Assembly (NCBI GenBank): GCA_044346015.1
Contig: JBIJAA010000002.1
Location: 43,960-107,959 of the forward strand
Reading direction: 5' to 3'
Length of the DNA stretch: 64,000 bases
Origin: Candidatus Planktophila sp.
GTDB lineage: Bacteria > Actinomycetota > Actinomycetes > Nanopelagicales > Nanopelagicaceae
Below the pieces are notes generated by a model. That model saw only the letters and a list, made by a program, of their open reading frames with translations. It was not told where the DNA came from and made no database searches. Both the position numbers and the translations under genes were made by a program. This document shows, piece by piece, positions 44,460-53,368 of this stretch; position 1 is the stretch's first letter; each line of letters opens with the position of its first letter.

Positions 44460-45205
44460 GCTTGCCCTCCCTTAATTGTTTCTAAATAAGCATCGTATTG
44501 TTCAGGTGTAACTACCTTTACGGTAAACAACATTTGAGAATGGTTACGTCCACACAAAATATTGCAACGGCCAGGGAACTCGCCCAACTTCTGAGCGGTA
44601 AACTCGAGTTCGTTAGTAACTCCAGGAAGATTTTGCATCTGAATCATGAAGGCTGGAATCCAGAATCCGTGGACGACATCATTGGATGTAATCGTGTAAC
44701 GCACACGCTCGCCTAGCGGAACTACAAGAGTAGGTGGCTGTGTAGGTGTTCCAGTGACGACCGCATTTGGACCTGCTTCTGGATATCCGAATTGCCACGA
44801 CCACTGAAATCCCTCAACTGTGATTTCATGTGCATACGTGTCTGTCTTTTCCGTGATTATGTTTTGTCTTTCAATGGTGTAAAAGAAAAGAACTGCCACG
44901 ATGATGAAGGGAATGATTGTGTATGCAATCTCCACCGGAACGTTGTACTGAGTTTGCTTTGGAAACTCTGGGCCATCTTTTTTGCCACGATGAAATACCG
45001 CAGGCCATAAAATCAAAATTAAAGTTACAACTCCAACAACACCTGCTGCAATCCATGCACCTTGCCATAACGACAGAGAGGCATCATTAACGCTTGAAAC
45101 GCCCTCGGGGAATCCCCAATCTGTACTGCTAGAGCAACTTGTCAGCAGAAAAACAGGCAGAACTAGGAGCAGTGCTCGTAAGCGGGAAAGCGATGTGCGA
45201 GGCAT
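44456..45205 (-). CDS. ctaC: cytochrome c oxidase subunit II (lipoprotein, CuA)
   Basis: Lipobox LTSC, QWSW, DVVH, C-x3-C-x3-H-x2-M; start ATG 45205. Confidence 0.95.
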   Translation of the reverse strand: MPRTSLSRLRALLLVLPVFLLTSCSSSTDWGFPEGVSSVNDASLSLWQGAWIAAGVVGVVTLILILWPAVFHRGKKDGPEFPKQTQYNVPVEIAYTIIPFIIVAVLFFYTIERQNIITEKTDTYAHEITVEGFQWSWQFGYPEAGPNAVVTGTPTQPPTLVVPLGERVRYTITSNDVVHGFWIPAFMIQMQNLPGVTNELEFTAQKLGEFPGRCNILCGRNHSQMLFTVKVVTPEQYDAYLETIKGGQA

Positions 45206-45280
45206 GGAGATAAGGATAGTTTGTATTCCTGCCCAGCGTGGCACGAGCGCATTCACGAAGAGAGGTGGCGCTCCTCACAT

Positions 45281-46255
45281 CTATTTCAGATGCAGTGCAA
45301 TTTCATCGGCTGCGGTTTGGCCATAAGCCTCGGCAAACCGAGCAACAAATTCTTGGTTCGTGAAGCGATACTCCTGGGTGCCCAATGTTTCAATGACATA
45401 GGTGGCAATCAGTGCACCCAACTGCGCGCAGCGTTCGTGAGAAAGTCCCCAGGCAAGGCCGGCAATAAAACCGGACCTAAATGAGTCGCCGACACCAGTT
45501 GGATCAGTCTTAGAGTTCTCCTTTGGACAGCCGACTTGCACAAACTCCCCTGCTGAACTTTCTACCTTTGCCCCGTTTGACCCTAAAGTCACAACTCGGT
45601 ATCTCACACGTTCTAAAATTTCCCGATCTGTCCACCCTGTCTTTTGCATCGCCAATGCAAGTTCATATTCATTGAGAAACAGGTATGCGGCGCCATCAAT
45701 CAACAGCTTTATTTCCTCACCAGACATGCGCGCCATTTGCTGGGAAGGATCTGCGGCAAATGCGATTCCCTGCTCTCGACAAACCTCAGAATGTCGCAAC
45801 ATTGCCTCTGGGTCATCAGGTGAAATCACCAACATGTCTAAGCGACCAGTTTTTTGCATTATCGGAGCTAGTTCAATATTGCGCGCCTCTGACATAGCAC
45901 CTGGAAAGAAGGAAGCAATTTGATTGAGATCTTGATCAGTTGTCACTACAAAGTGGGCAGTATGTAATGTCGTTGAAACCAATGCATGAGAGGTATCAAC
46001 TCCGTGACGAGAAAGCCAGGCATCGTAATCAGCCCAGTCTTTGCCAACGGCTGCAATTAGAATTGGGTTCAATCCAAGAACACCCATGCCATAGGCGATA
46101 TTTGCTGCGCATCCCCCGCGACGTACATCCAAACTATCTACCAGGAATGACAGTGATACTTTTTCGAGAGAACCGGCAACTAGGGAGTCTGTGAATTTTC
46201 CCGAAAAGGTCATCAGATGATCAAGACCGACAGAACCCGCAACACCAATTTTCAT
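45281..46255 (-). CDS. adoK: adenosine kinase (PfkB family)
   Basis: SLSFLV, RRGG.AANIAY, ASFFPGAM, DPSQQ, DPTGVGD. Confidence 0.85.
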   Translation of the reverse strand: MKIGVAGSVGLDHLMTFSGKFTDSLVAGSLEKVSLSFLVDSLDVRRGGCAANIAYGMGVLGLNPILIAAVGKDWADYDAWLSRHGVDTSHALVSTTLHTAHFVVTTDQDLNQIASFFPGAMSEARNIELAPIMQKTGRLDMLVISPDDPEAMLRHSEVCREQGIAFAADPSQQMARMSGEEIKLLIDGAAYLFLNEYELALAMQKTGWTDREILERVRYRVVTLGSNGAKVESSAGEFVQVGCPKENSKTDPTGVGDSFRSGFIAGLAWGLSHERCAQLGALIATYVIETLGTQEYRFTNQEFVARFAEAYGQTAADEIALHLK

Positions 46256-46286
46256 GTGGGGATACTAATGCGAAAAGTACGGATAC

Positions 46287-46634
46287 TTAGTTGAATGAAT
46301 CGCCGCAGGCACAAGAACCCTGTGCTTGTGGATTATCAATAGTAAATCCCTGCTTTTCAATTGTGTCAACGAAATCAATAGTTGCACCTGACAAATACGG
46401 ATCGCTCATCTTGTCTGTGATCACCTTAACCGCGCCAAATTCGCGCACGATGTCACCTTCCATATTGCGGTCATCAAAGTAGAGCTGATACTTAAGGCCT
46501 GAGCATCCACCTGGCTGCACAGCTACACGAAGGTTGAGGTCATCTCGTCCTTCTTGAGCCAACAAAGCCGACACCTTGGCGGCGGCTACATCTGTTAGTT
46601 GAATTCCAGTTGCTGTGGTTGCTTCAGTTGTCAT
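46287..46634 (-). CDS. erpA: A-type Fe-S carrier (HesB/IscA/ErpA)
   Basis: PGGCSG, CACG; ATG 46634 after AAGGAG. Confidence 0.9.
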   Translation of the reverse strand: MTTEATTATGIQLTDVAAAKVSALLAQEGRDDLNLRVAVQPGGCSGLKYQLYFDDRNMEGDIVREFGAVKVITDKMSDPYLSGATIDFVDTIEKQGFTIDNPQAQGSCACGDSFN

Positions 46635-46731
46635 TATTACTCTCCTTGATTGACTACTTGGCAAATCCTACTCCCCCAGACTCCGGCAAGCGAGTTTTAA
46701 AGCAGGCCAACACGGGCTCTATAGTTATGCC

Positions 46732-47283
46732 ATGAGTACACAAGAAGGAAAAGGTCGCCCAACCCCAAAGCGCAAAGAGGCTGAGTCAAAACGTAAAGTT
46801 TCTTCGCTCTCACCAGTTGTGACTAAAGACCAGAAACAAGCCGCAAAGGCACAAGCCCGTAAAGATCGACATGCCCAGCGAGATGCATATCTGCGCGGAG
46901 AAGACTCTGCCCTGCCGTTGCGTGATCGTGGACCTGCACGCCGATTTGTTCGCAACTATGTAGATTCTCGTCGCTCTACAGGTGAGTATTTCCTTCCAGC
47001 GATTTTTGTCGTGCTCATATTGACGTACTTAACATCCTTTACTTCTGATAAAAATACAAGAAACATGATTACAGCAGTATCAATCGCAATGATGTATGGA
47101 ATGTTGTTCATCGCTGTTATTGATGGAATTCTGCTTACACGCAAATTACGCAAAGAGGTAGCAGCACAATTTCCAGGCACAGAAACAAAGGGCCTTGGAA
47201 TGTATGCATGGCTTCGATCAACGCAAATGCGACGCCTACGTGCGCCTCATCCTCAAGTTAAAATAAGCAAAAAGAAAAACTAA
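46732..47283 (+). CDS. DUF3043 membrane protein
   Basis: KGRPTPKRKEAE, LPLRDRGP.RRFVR..VDSRR, RSTQMRRLR.P.P. Confidence 0.9.
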   Translation: MSTQEGKGRPTPKRKEAESKRKVSSLSPVVTKDQKQAAKAQARKDRHAQRDAYLRGEDSALPLRDRGPARRFVRNYVDSRRSTGEYFLPAIFVVLILTYLTSFTSDKNTRNMITAVSIAMMYGMLFIAVIDGILLTRKLRKEVAAQFPGTETKGLGMYAWLRSTQMRRLRAPHPQVKISKKKN

Positions 47284-48281
47284 GCTCGAGGATTCGGGCT
47301 GGCATTCTTCTTAGCATCGCGTTCTGGAAGATTGCCTAATGCTTTGTCAATTGCTTTCATGACATCTGCATCTAGTTTTACTCCAGAAGCTTTTACGTTT
47401 TCCTTGACCTGCTTTGGCTTTGTAGCACCCATGATTGCGCTGGACACATTAGGATTTTGAAGAACCCATGCAATCGCAAGTTGTCCCATAGTCAATCCCA
47501 AGCCTTCAGCTATCGGTTTCAGGTTCTGAACTGCTTCGAGAACTTCTTCGCGCATCCAGCCCTTAATCATGTTAGCCCCACTACCTTTATCGGTCGCGCG
47601 CGATCCGGCAGGTGCCTTCTTTCCTGGCAAATACTTACCGGTCAAAATTCCTTGTGCCATTGGCGACCAGACGATCTGACCAATGCCCTCTTTCTGAGAA
47701 AGTGGGACCACTTCTGATTCAATCACTCGCCATAGAGCAGAGTACTGAGGCTGACTTGAAACAAAGCGGTTGTATCCACGAGCATCTTGAATTGCAAGAG
47801 CCGACTTAATTTGTGCTGCGTCCCATTCGGAAAATCCGATGTAGTGCACCTTTCCAGCGCGGATCAAATCATCGAATGCGCTCAGCGATTCTTCTAGAGG
47901 TGTCTCAAAGTCAAAGCGGTGCATTTGATAAAGATCAATATGGTCTGTCTGTAGTCGCTTCAGGGATGCATTACATGATTCGATGATGTGCTTTCGTGAA
48001 AGCCCACGATCATTTTTTCCCGTACCCGTAGGCCAATACACCTTTGTAAATAGCTCATATGACTCACGCTTAACACCTTTAAGTGCTTTTCCTAAAACAA
48101 CTTCAGCTTTAGTGCCAGCATAAACATCTGCGGTATCAAAGGTTGTAATACCAACCTCGAGTGCGGCTTTCACGCACTTGATCGCTGCATCTGATTCGAT
48201 TTGATTTCCGTGAGTGATCCAGTTTCCGTAAGCAATTTCAGAAACGTACATTCCGGTACTGCCAAGGCGTCTGTATTCCAT
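47280..48281 (-). CDS. aldo/keto reductase (Kv-beta-like)
   Basis: MEYRRLG, FDTADVY, TKVYW, DLYQMHR, WSPMAQG. Confidence 0.92.
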   Translation of the reverse strand: MEYRRLGSTGMYVSEIAYGNWITHGNQIESDAAIKCVKAALEVGITTFDTADVYAGTKAEVVLGKALKGVKRESYELFTKVYWPTGTGKNDRGLSRKHIIESCNASLKRLQTDHIDLYQMHRFDFETPLEESLSAFDDLIRAGKVHYIGFSEWDAAQIKSALAIQDARGYNRFVSSQPQYSALWRVIESEVVPLSQKEGIGQIVWSPMAQGILTGKYLPGKKAPAGSRATDKGSGANMIKGWMREEVLEAVQNLKPIAEGLGLTMGQLAIAWVLQNPNVSSAIMGATKPKQVKENVKASGVKLDADVMKAIDKALGNLPERDAKKNASPNPRA

Positions 48282-48359
48282 GTTGGCAAGCCTACGACGA
48301 GCGCGCCTAGTTGCCAACCCGAGAGCTCTGTGGTTTGGTTCGCCTACAACTTAATAGCT

Positions 48360-48500
48360 CACTTGGTAGGGGAAGTTCGGTGAAAATCCGACGCTGACCC
48401 GCAACCGTGAATCTCAGGATGTATGTACCCATACAGAGATAAGTCGGATTACCTAACAAGTGCAGATGAGACAAACACCCGTCGAGGTTTGCGGGGTGTG
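48360..48500 (+). ncRNA. cobalamin riboswitch (compact type) with kissing-loop hairpin
   Basis: CACTTG-GTAGG/CCTA-ACAAGTG closing stem, GGGAA, TCGG-TGAAAAT-CCGA T-loop hairpin, CTGACCCGCAACCGT, B12 box AAGTCGGA..ACCT; CCCGCAA (48398-48404) is complementary to TTGCGGG (48489-48495). Confidence 0.9.
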
Positions 48501-48591
48501 CTCCTAACGCAAGATGTGTGGATTATTCCTTCCCATCTTTGCGCGGTTCACTCCCTGTGAGACTCTTTTAACATCGAGAGGCTACACAGCA

Positions 48592-49113
48592 ATGAAGTTT
48601 AAAATCGTTTTAGCATTAATTCTTATCTCCACTTTTGTTACCCCATCTGCCCAAGCTGCAGATAAAGGTTGGCGCTACTGGGGATATTTCCAAGCAGCCC
48701 CAGGTAAAACTGTGTGGACTCCTGCAATGACTGGACCCACAGTTGATATCGCCGATGGTTCGGTTGAAGGGTGGTCATTCGTGTTTAGCTCAGATGACAT
48801 TCCTTCTGTCCTGCCACGTGTTAAGCCTGATTTCAAAAGTATCTGCGCCGGTGTCAAAGCCGATAAGGACACCAAGCGAATTGGATTAGTAATTGACTTT
48901 GGATCTTCGGCATATGCACCCAAGGGTGAAAAAGTTAGGAAGACAATTACTACCTGCGTTCGAGTTGCAAAGGAATCCCAAGGCATCGATGTGTTGGGAC
49001 AAGTGACAAAGATTCGTGCTGCGAGTTCAGGACTTATCTGCGGACTATCTGGATATCCGGCAAAAGAGTGTGGTGTGGAAATACCAACTCCTAAATCACT
49101 CATCAAAAAATAG
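48592..49113 (+). CDS. secreted SCO2322-like protein, candidate B12-binding component
   Basis: Signal peptide ending AQA, WRYW, KRIGLVIDFG, LICGLSGYP..EC; first gene after the riboswitch. Confidence 0.75.
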   Translation: MKFKIVLALILISTFVTPSAQAADKGWRYWGYFQAAPGKTVWTPAMTGPTVDIADGSVEGWSFVFSSDDIPSVLPRVKPDFKSICAGVKADKDTKRIGLVIDFGSSAYAPKGEKVRKTITTCVRVAKESQGIDVLGQVTKIRAASSGLICGLSGYPAKECGVEIPTPKSLIKK

Positions 49114-49116
49114 TAA

Positions 49117-49863
49117 ATGAAAAAGCTGTCTCTGCACCCACTGACTTGGTGGATATGGGCGATCGGATTGGCTATCGCAGTCATTCGTTTCGATAACACC
49201 ATATTCACTCTCAGTTGCGTGGGTGCAGTTGCAGTTGTTGTTTTCCTCAATCGTGAAAATGCCCCATGGGGCAAAAGCTTTAATTGGACTTTAAAATTAT
49301 CTGCCTGGATCTTGCTCGTTAGGACAGTTATCGGCGTGTTAATCGGTGTACCAATTCCCGGCACAACACTTTTTACAATCCCGATTCTTCCTCTACCTAG
49401 CTGGATGCCTGGTATCCGAATTGGTGGAACAGTTACTGCAGAGCGTTTAACATCGGCTTTGACTGAAGGTGTCTTGATCTGCGCGATTATCGTCATCTTC
49501 GGCGCAGCTGCCTCATTGACAAGCCCACACCGATTGTTGCGAGTACTTCCGGTCTATATCTATGAATTTGGAATCTCAATAGTTATTGCCACCTCAGTAC
49601 TGCCGCAGCTAGTTAGTTCAGTATCTCGAATTCGCCAAGCACAAAAACTACGAGGTCAATCCTTACGTGGTTTCACTTCGTGGCGAAGAGTCGCAATCCC
49701 TCTCCTTGAAGAATCACTTGCTCGCTCGTTAGATCTAGCAGCTGCGATGGATAGTCGAGGTTACGGCGTCAGCAAAAAACGTTCTAGATATCGCCCCATC
49801 AAATGGCGGACTGCCGACTCTGCAGTCGTATTCACGGCACTGATTGTGCTCGGTTTATCATGA
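49117..49863 (+). CDS. ECF transporter T component
   Basis: LHPLTWW, multiple TMs, AQKLRG and AAAMDSRG coupling motifs. Confidence 0.9.
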   Translation: MKKLSLHPLTWWIWAIGLAIAVIRFDNTIFTLSCVGAVAVVVFLNRENAPWGKSFNWTLKLSAWILLVRTVIGVLIGVPIPGTTLFTIPILPLPSWMPGIRIGGTVTAERLTSALTEGVLICAIIVIFGAAASLTSPHRLLRVLPVYIYEFGISIVIATSVLPQLVSSVSRIRQAQKLRGQSLRGFTSWRRVAIPLLEESLARSLDLAAAMDSRGYGVSKKRSRYRPIKWRTADSAVVFTALIVLGLS

Positions 49864-51467
49864 TTAAGTTTTCAAATGTATCTCTGATTTATCCCAACTC
49901 AACAACGACAGTTCTAGAAAACTTGAACCTTGAAATCGCAGAGGGCGAAATGGTCCTGGTCATTGGTCCAACAGGCTCAGGTAAATCTTCTCTATTGCGA
50001 TTGATCAACGGTTTAGTCCCCCATCACACGGGCGGTATTTTGGCAGGCGATGTCAGCGTTGATGGAAATTCAACGCAGCTGGTTAAACCCGGCGGTATGG
50101 CACATCTGATTGGAATTGTTGGTCAAAACCCAGCTAATGGCTTTGTCGCAGACACCGTTGAAGAAGAGTTAGCTTTTGGTATGGAGACCTTGAACCTTCC
50201 AAATGATGTTATGCGCAAAAGGGTCGAAGAGGTTCTAGATCTATTAAGTCTTGCTCCTTTGCGCGATCGATCTATCGCCACACTCAGCGGCGGAGAACAA
50301 CAACGAGTAGCGATCGGCTCGGCATTGGTTGCACATCCAAAAGTCTTAGTTCTAGATGAACCCACAAGTGCCCTCGATCCCATCGCTGCCGAAGAAGTCC
50401 TCTCAATTTTGCATCGATTAGTGCATGACTTAAGTCTTACCGTCGTTATTGCAGAACATAAGTTGGAGCGAGTTATTCAATTCGCAGACCGCATCGTTCA
50501 TATCAATGGCGCAGGTGTGGCACAGGTTGGCACACCTGAAGACATCTTGATGCATTCACCCATTGCTCCCCCAATTGTTCATTTGGCACGAGCCCTGGGC
50601 TTAAAAGAAATTGGCGTGTCGGTGCGCGAAATGCGTCGCATGACTGCAGATATTCGCGGCAAGGAATATGTTGAAAAGGCTGCAGCTCCAGCGCAAATTG
50701 GAGACACAATTATTAAGGTAAGCGATCTCTCCGTGACATATGACGGCAAGCCTGCCCTGAAATCTGTAAGTGCAACTATCGCTAGTAATGAAATCGTTGC
50801 AGTTATGGGACGTAATGGTGCTGGCAAAAGCTCACTTCTAAAATCCTTGGCTGGCATTTCACAACTGGCAACTGGTTTTGTAAATGTCTCTGGCTTTAAT
50901 CCGCAAAATCTCAAAGGCAAGGAGCGCAGATCCACGATTGGGTTTATCCCACAAGAGCCAAGTGATCTTTTGTATGGCCAAAGCGTGCAGATCGAATGTG
51001 ACCAGGCTGATAAGGACAATCAGATGCCAAGTGGAACTACCGCTCAGATACTGCAACAACTTGTGCCAGGGGTATTGCCAACAACTCATCCACGTGATTT
51101 ATCGGAAGGTCAAAGGTTAGGCCTTGCCTTAAGTATTGTCTTATCTTCAAATCCTGCTGTACTAATCCTGGATGAACCAACACGTGGACTTGATTATCAA
51201 GCCAAAAAAGAGCTGACAAGAATTCTTTTTGATTTTGCTCGAGCAACCGGAAAGTGCGTTGTCCTGGCAACTCATGATGTTGAGCTAGTAGCTGAATTGG
51301 CCACAAGAGTTATGTTCCTTGCCGACGGTGACATCGTTGCCGATGGGACAACTCTTGATGTGCTTCTGTCTTCTCCTGCCTTTGCCCCACAAGTTTCAAA
51401 GGTTATGTCACCACTACCCTGGCTTAAAGTTTCAGATGTCGTTGCAGCGATCCAGGCTCACCAATGA
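49860..51467 (+). CDS. ECF transporter duplicated ATPase
   Basis: Two ABC domains: GPTGSGKS/LSGGE/LDEPT and GRNGAGKS/LSEGQ/LDEPT; ATGA overlap with the T gene. Confidence 0.93.
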   Translation: MIKFSNVSLIYPNSTTTVLENLNLEIAEGEMVLVIGPTGSGKSSLLRLINGLVPHHTGGILAGDVSVDGNSTQLVKPGGMAHLIGIVGQNPANGFVADTVEEELAFGMETLNLPNDVMRKRVEEVLDLLSLAPLRDRSIATLSGGEQQRVAIGSALVAHPKVLVLDEPTSALDPIAAEEVLSILHRLVHDLSLTVVIAEHKLERVIQFADRIVHINGAGVAQVGTPEDILMHSPIAPPIVHLARALGLKEIGVSVREMRRMTADIRGKEYVEKAAAPAQIGDTIIKVSDLSVTYDGKPALKSVSATIASNEIVAVMGRNGAGKSSLLKSLAGISQLATGFVNVSGFNPQNLKGKERRSTIGFIPQEPSDLLYGQSVQIECDQADKDNQMPSGTTAQILQQLVPGVLPTTHPRDLSEGQRLGLALSIVLSSNPAVLILDEPTRGLDYQAKKELTRILFDFARATGKCVVLATHDVELVAELATRVMFLADGDIVADGTTLDVLLSSPAFAPQVSKVMSPLPWLKVSDVVAAIQAHQ

Positions 51468-52261
51468 TGCTGACTAGTGGAGTCATTAGATTTACCGCTA
51501 AGAACTCAATAGTTCTAGCTATTGCATCTCTATTTAGTATTGCGGGTTTCATCTGGCCATTTTTCTACACAGGTCAGGACTTGCCTCGAACACAGTTGTT
51601 CTTTTGGGTCGCAATTCTGGCTGCATTTGTACTGGTCATCTTTGAAATCTCATCTGCACGATTAGATGCTAAATCTGTTGCACTGTTGGGTGTTTTAGCA
51701 GCGCTCATTTCTGCGCTACGACCACTAGGTGCAGGCGCAGTAGGAATAGAGCCCATGTGGTTTGTTTTGATTTTAAGTGCTCGCGTATTTGGAGCATCCT
51801 TTGGTTTTCTACTCGGAATTATTTCGATGTTCGCATCAGCGTTGTTAACTGGCGGCCTTGGACCTTGGCTTGGCTATCAAATGTTTGCCGCTGCCTGGAT
51901 AGGCATGGCTGCAGGATTGTTGCCCAAAAAAGTGTCAGGCAGAAGCGAAATCGCAATGCTTCTAGTTTTTGGAGTATTCGCTGCCGGGAGTTTTGGACTC
52001 CTCATGGATCTGCAGTTTTGGCCATGGGCGTTAGGAGGCAATACCCAGCTCTCATACATTCCTGGTGGCTCACTATCTGAAAACTTCGGCAGGTTCATTA
52101 CATTTCACTTTGCTAGCGCGATGGCCTGGGACATACCACGAGCGATTTTTACCTGTGTATTAATTGCATTTACTGGTCCATCAGTTTTATCCGCACTTCG
52201 CCGCACCTATACACGGGCGGCTTTTTCAACTCCAGTTATTTTTAGCGAACGTGTGAAGTAA
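51464..52261 (+). CDS. ECF S component, probable cobalamin transporter (CbrT-like)
   Basis: LDAK.VALLG.L.A, GIEP.W, GG.GPWL.YQM, WD.PRA; downstream of the B12 riboswitch. Confidence 0.85.
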   Translation: MMLTSGVIRFTAKNSIVLAIASLFSIAGFIWPFFYTGQDLPRTQLFFWVAILAAFVLVIFEISSARLDAKSVALLGVLAALISALRPLGAGAVGIEPMWFVLILSARVFGASFGFLLGIISMFASALLTGGLGPWLGYQMFAAAWIGMAAGLLPKKVSGRSEIAMLLVFGVFAAGSFGLLMDLQFWPWALGGNTQLSYIPGGSLSENFGRFITFHFASAMAWDIPRAIFTCVLIAFTGPSVLSALRRTYTRAAFSTPVIFSERVK

Positions 52262-53330
52262 CAAAAGGCAGTTTGACTACTTCGCAATGTGAATCACGAC
52301 CACGCACATCAACAATTAATTGATCCCCAACTGCAACATCCTTTGAGAGTAAAGCCAAAGCTATTCCGTGTTTGAGTGTTGGAGAAAATGTTCCACTCGT
52401 TACTTCGCCAACCACTTCACCATGAGAGTTCTTAACACTCATTCCTGCTCGTGGGATTCCGCGGTCAAGTGATTTGATGGCAACGCTCTTGCGCTCTATT
52501 GCTCCACTTTTTTGGGAAAGTAATACGTCAGAGCCGATAAATGATTCCTTCTTCCAACCAACGGCCCATGAGGCACTGGCTTCAACTGGTGATATGCCGA
52601 GAGATAATTCATGACCATGCAATGGATATCCCATTTCGGTGCGCAATGTGTCACGCGCGCCCAGTCCACAAATCAATCCATCAAGTGGAGTGATCGCAGC
52701 GACTAATGCATCCCACACCTCAACTGCATCTTTAGTGCGTGGAAGTAATTCGTATCCGAGCTCTCCTGTGTATCCAGTGCGGCACAAAATCACATCGGCA
52801 CCAGCAATGTTCACGTGAGCAAAGGCCATGTAATCAATATCTGTGCTGATTCCAAGAGCAGTAAGTACTTGTGGAGCCAGAGGTCCCTGAACCGCTAAAA
52901 CTGCGTAATCATTATGCAGATTTGTCACTGTGATTTCAGCTGGTGCCTGTTGTTGCAAAACAGAGACAACATCTGTGGTGTTAGAAGCGTTTGGCACAAG
53001 GAAAATATCTGTTTCGCTATTTCGATAAGCGATCAGATCATCTACTACCCCACCTTGTGGGGTGCATAGCAATGTGTATTGAGCAGAACCATTGGCAATC
53101 TTTGTGAGATCATTTGTCAGGCACCGATTCAAGAAGGCTAGGGCTCCGACTCCTGTCACTGAGGCTTTACCCAAATGGGAAACATCAAAGATTCCTACAC
53201 GCTCACGAACAGCAGCGTGCTCGGCCAATACCCCTGCGCCTGGATACTCAATGGGCATCATCCATCCACCAAAGTCGGCCATTTTGGCGTTTAGGTCCAG
53301 ATGCTTTTGATTAAGTGGCGAAATCTTCAT
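52242..53330 (-). CDS. gcvT: glycine cleavage aminomethyltransferase
   Basis: FGGW.MP, FDVSHLG, RTGYTGE, GLGARDTLR.E. Confidence 0.95.
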   Translation of the reverse strand: MKISPLNQKHLDLNAKMADFGGWMMPIEYPGAGVLAEHAAVRERVGIFDVSHLGKASVTGVGALAFLNRCLTNDLTKIANGSAQYTLLCTPQGGVVDDLIAYRNSETDIFLVPNASNTTDVVSVLQQQAPAEITVTNLHNDYAVLAVQGPLAPQVLTALGISTDIDYMAFAHVNIAGADVILCRTGYTGELGYELLPRTKDAVEVWDALVAAITPLDGLICGLGARDTLRTEMGYPLHGHELSLGISPVEASASWAVGWKKESFIGSDVLLSQKSGAIERKSVAIKSLDRGIPRAGMSVKNSHGEVVGEVTSGTFSPTLKHGIALALLSKDVAVGDQLIVDVRGRDSHCEVVKLPFVTSHVR

Positions 53331-53368
53331 TGCACAAACCTACCAATACATCTATTACCCTTCTCCTT

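Noticed and set aside
48675-49496. 273-aa antisense ORF over the B12 operon
   Set aside because: No recognisable motifs or translation signals; a shadow of well-supported + strand genes, like the many other short antisense ORFs in the track.
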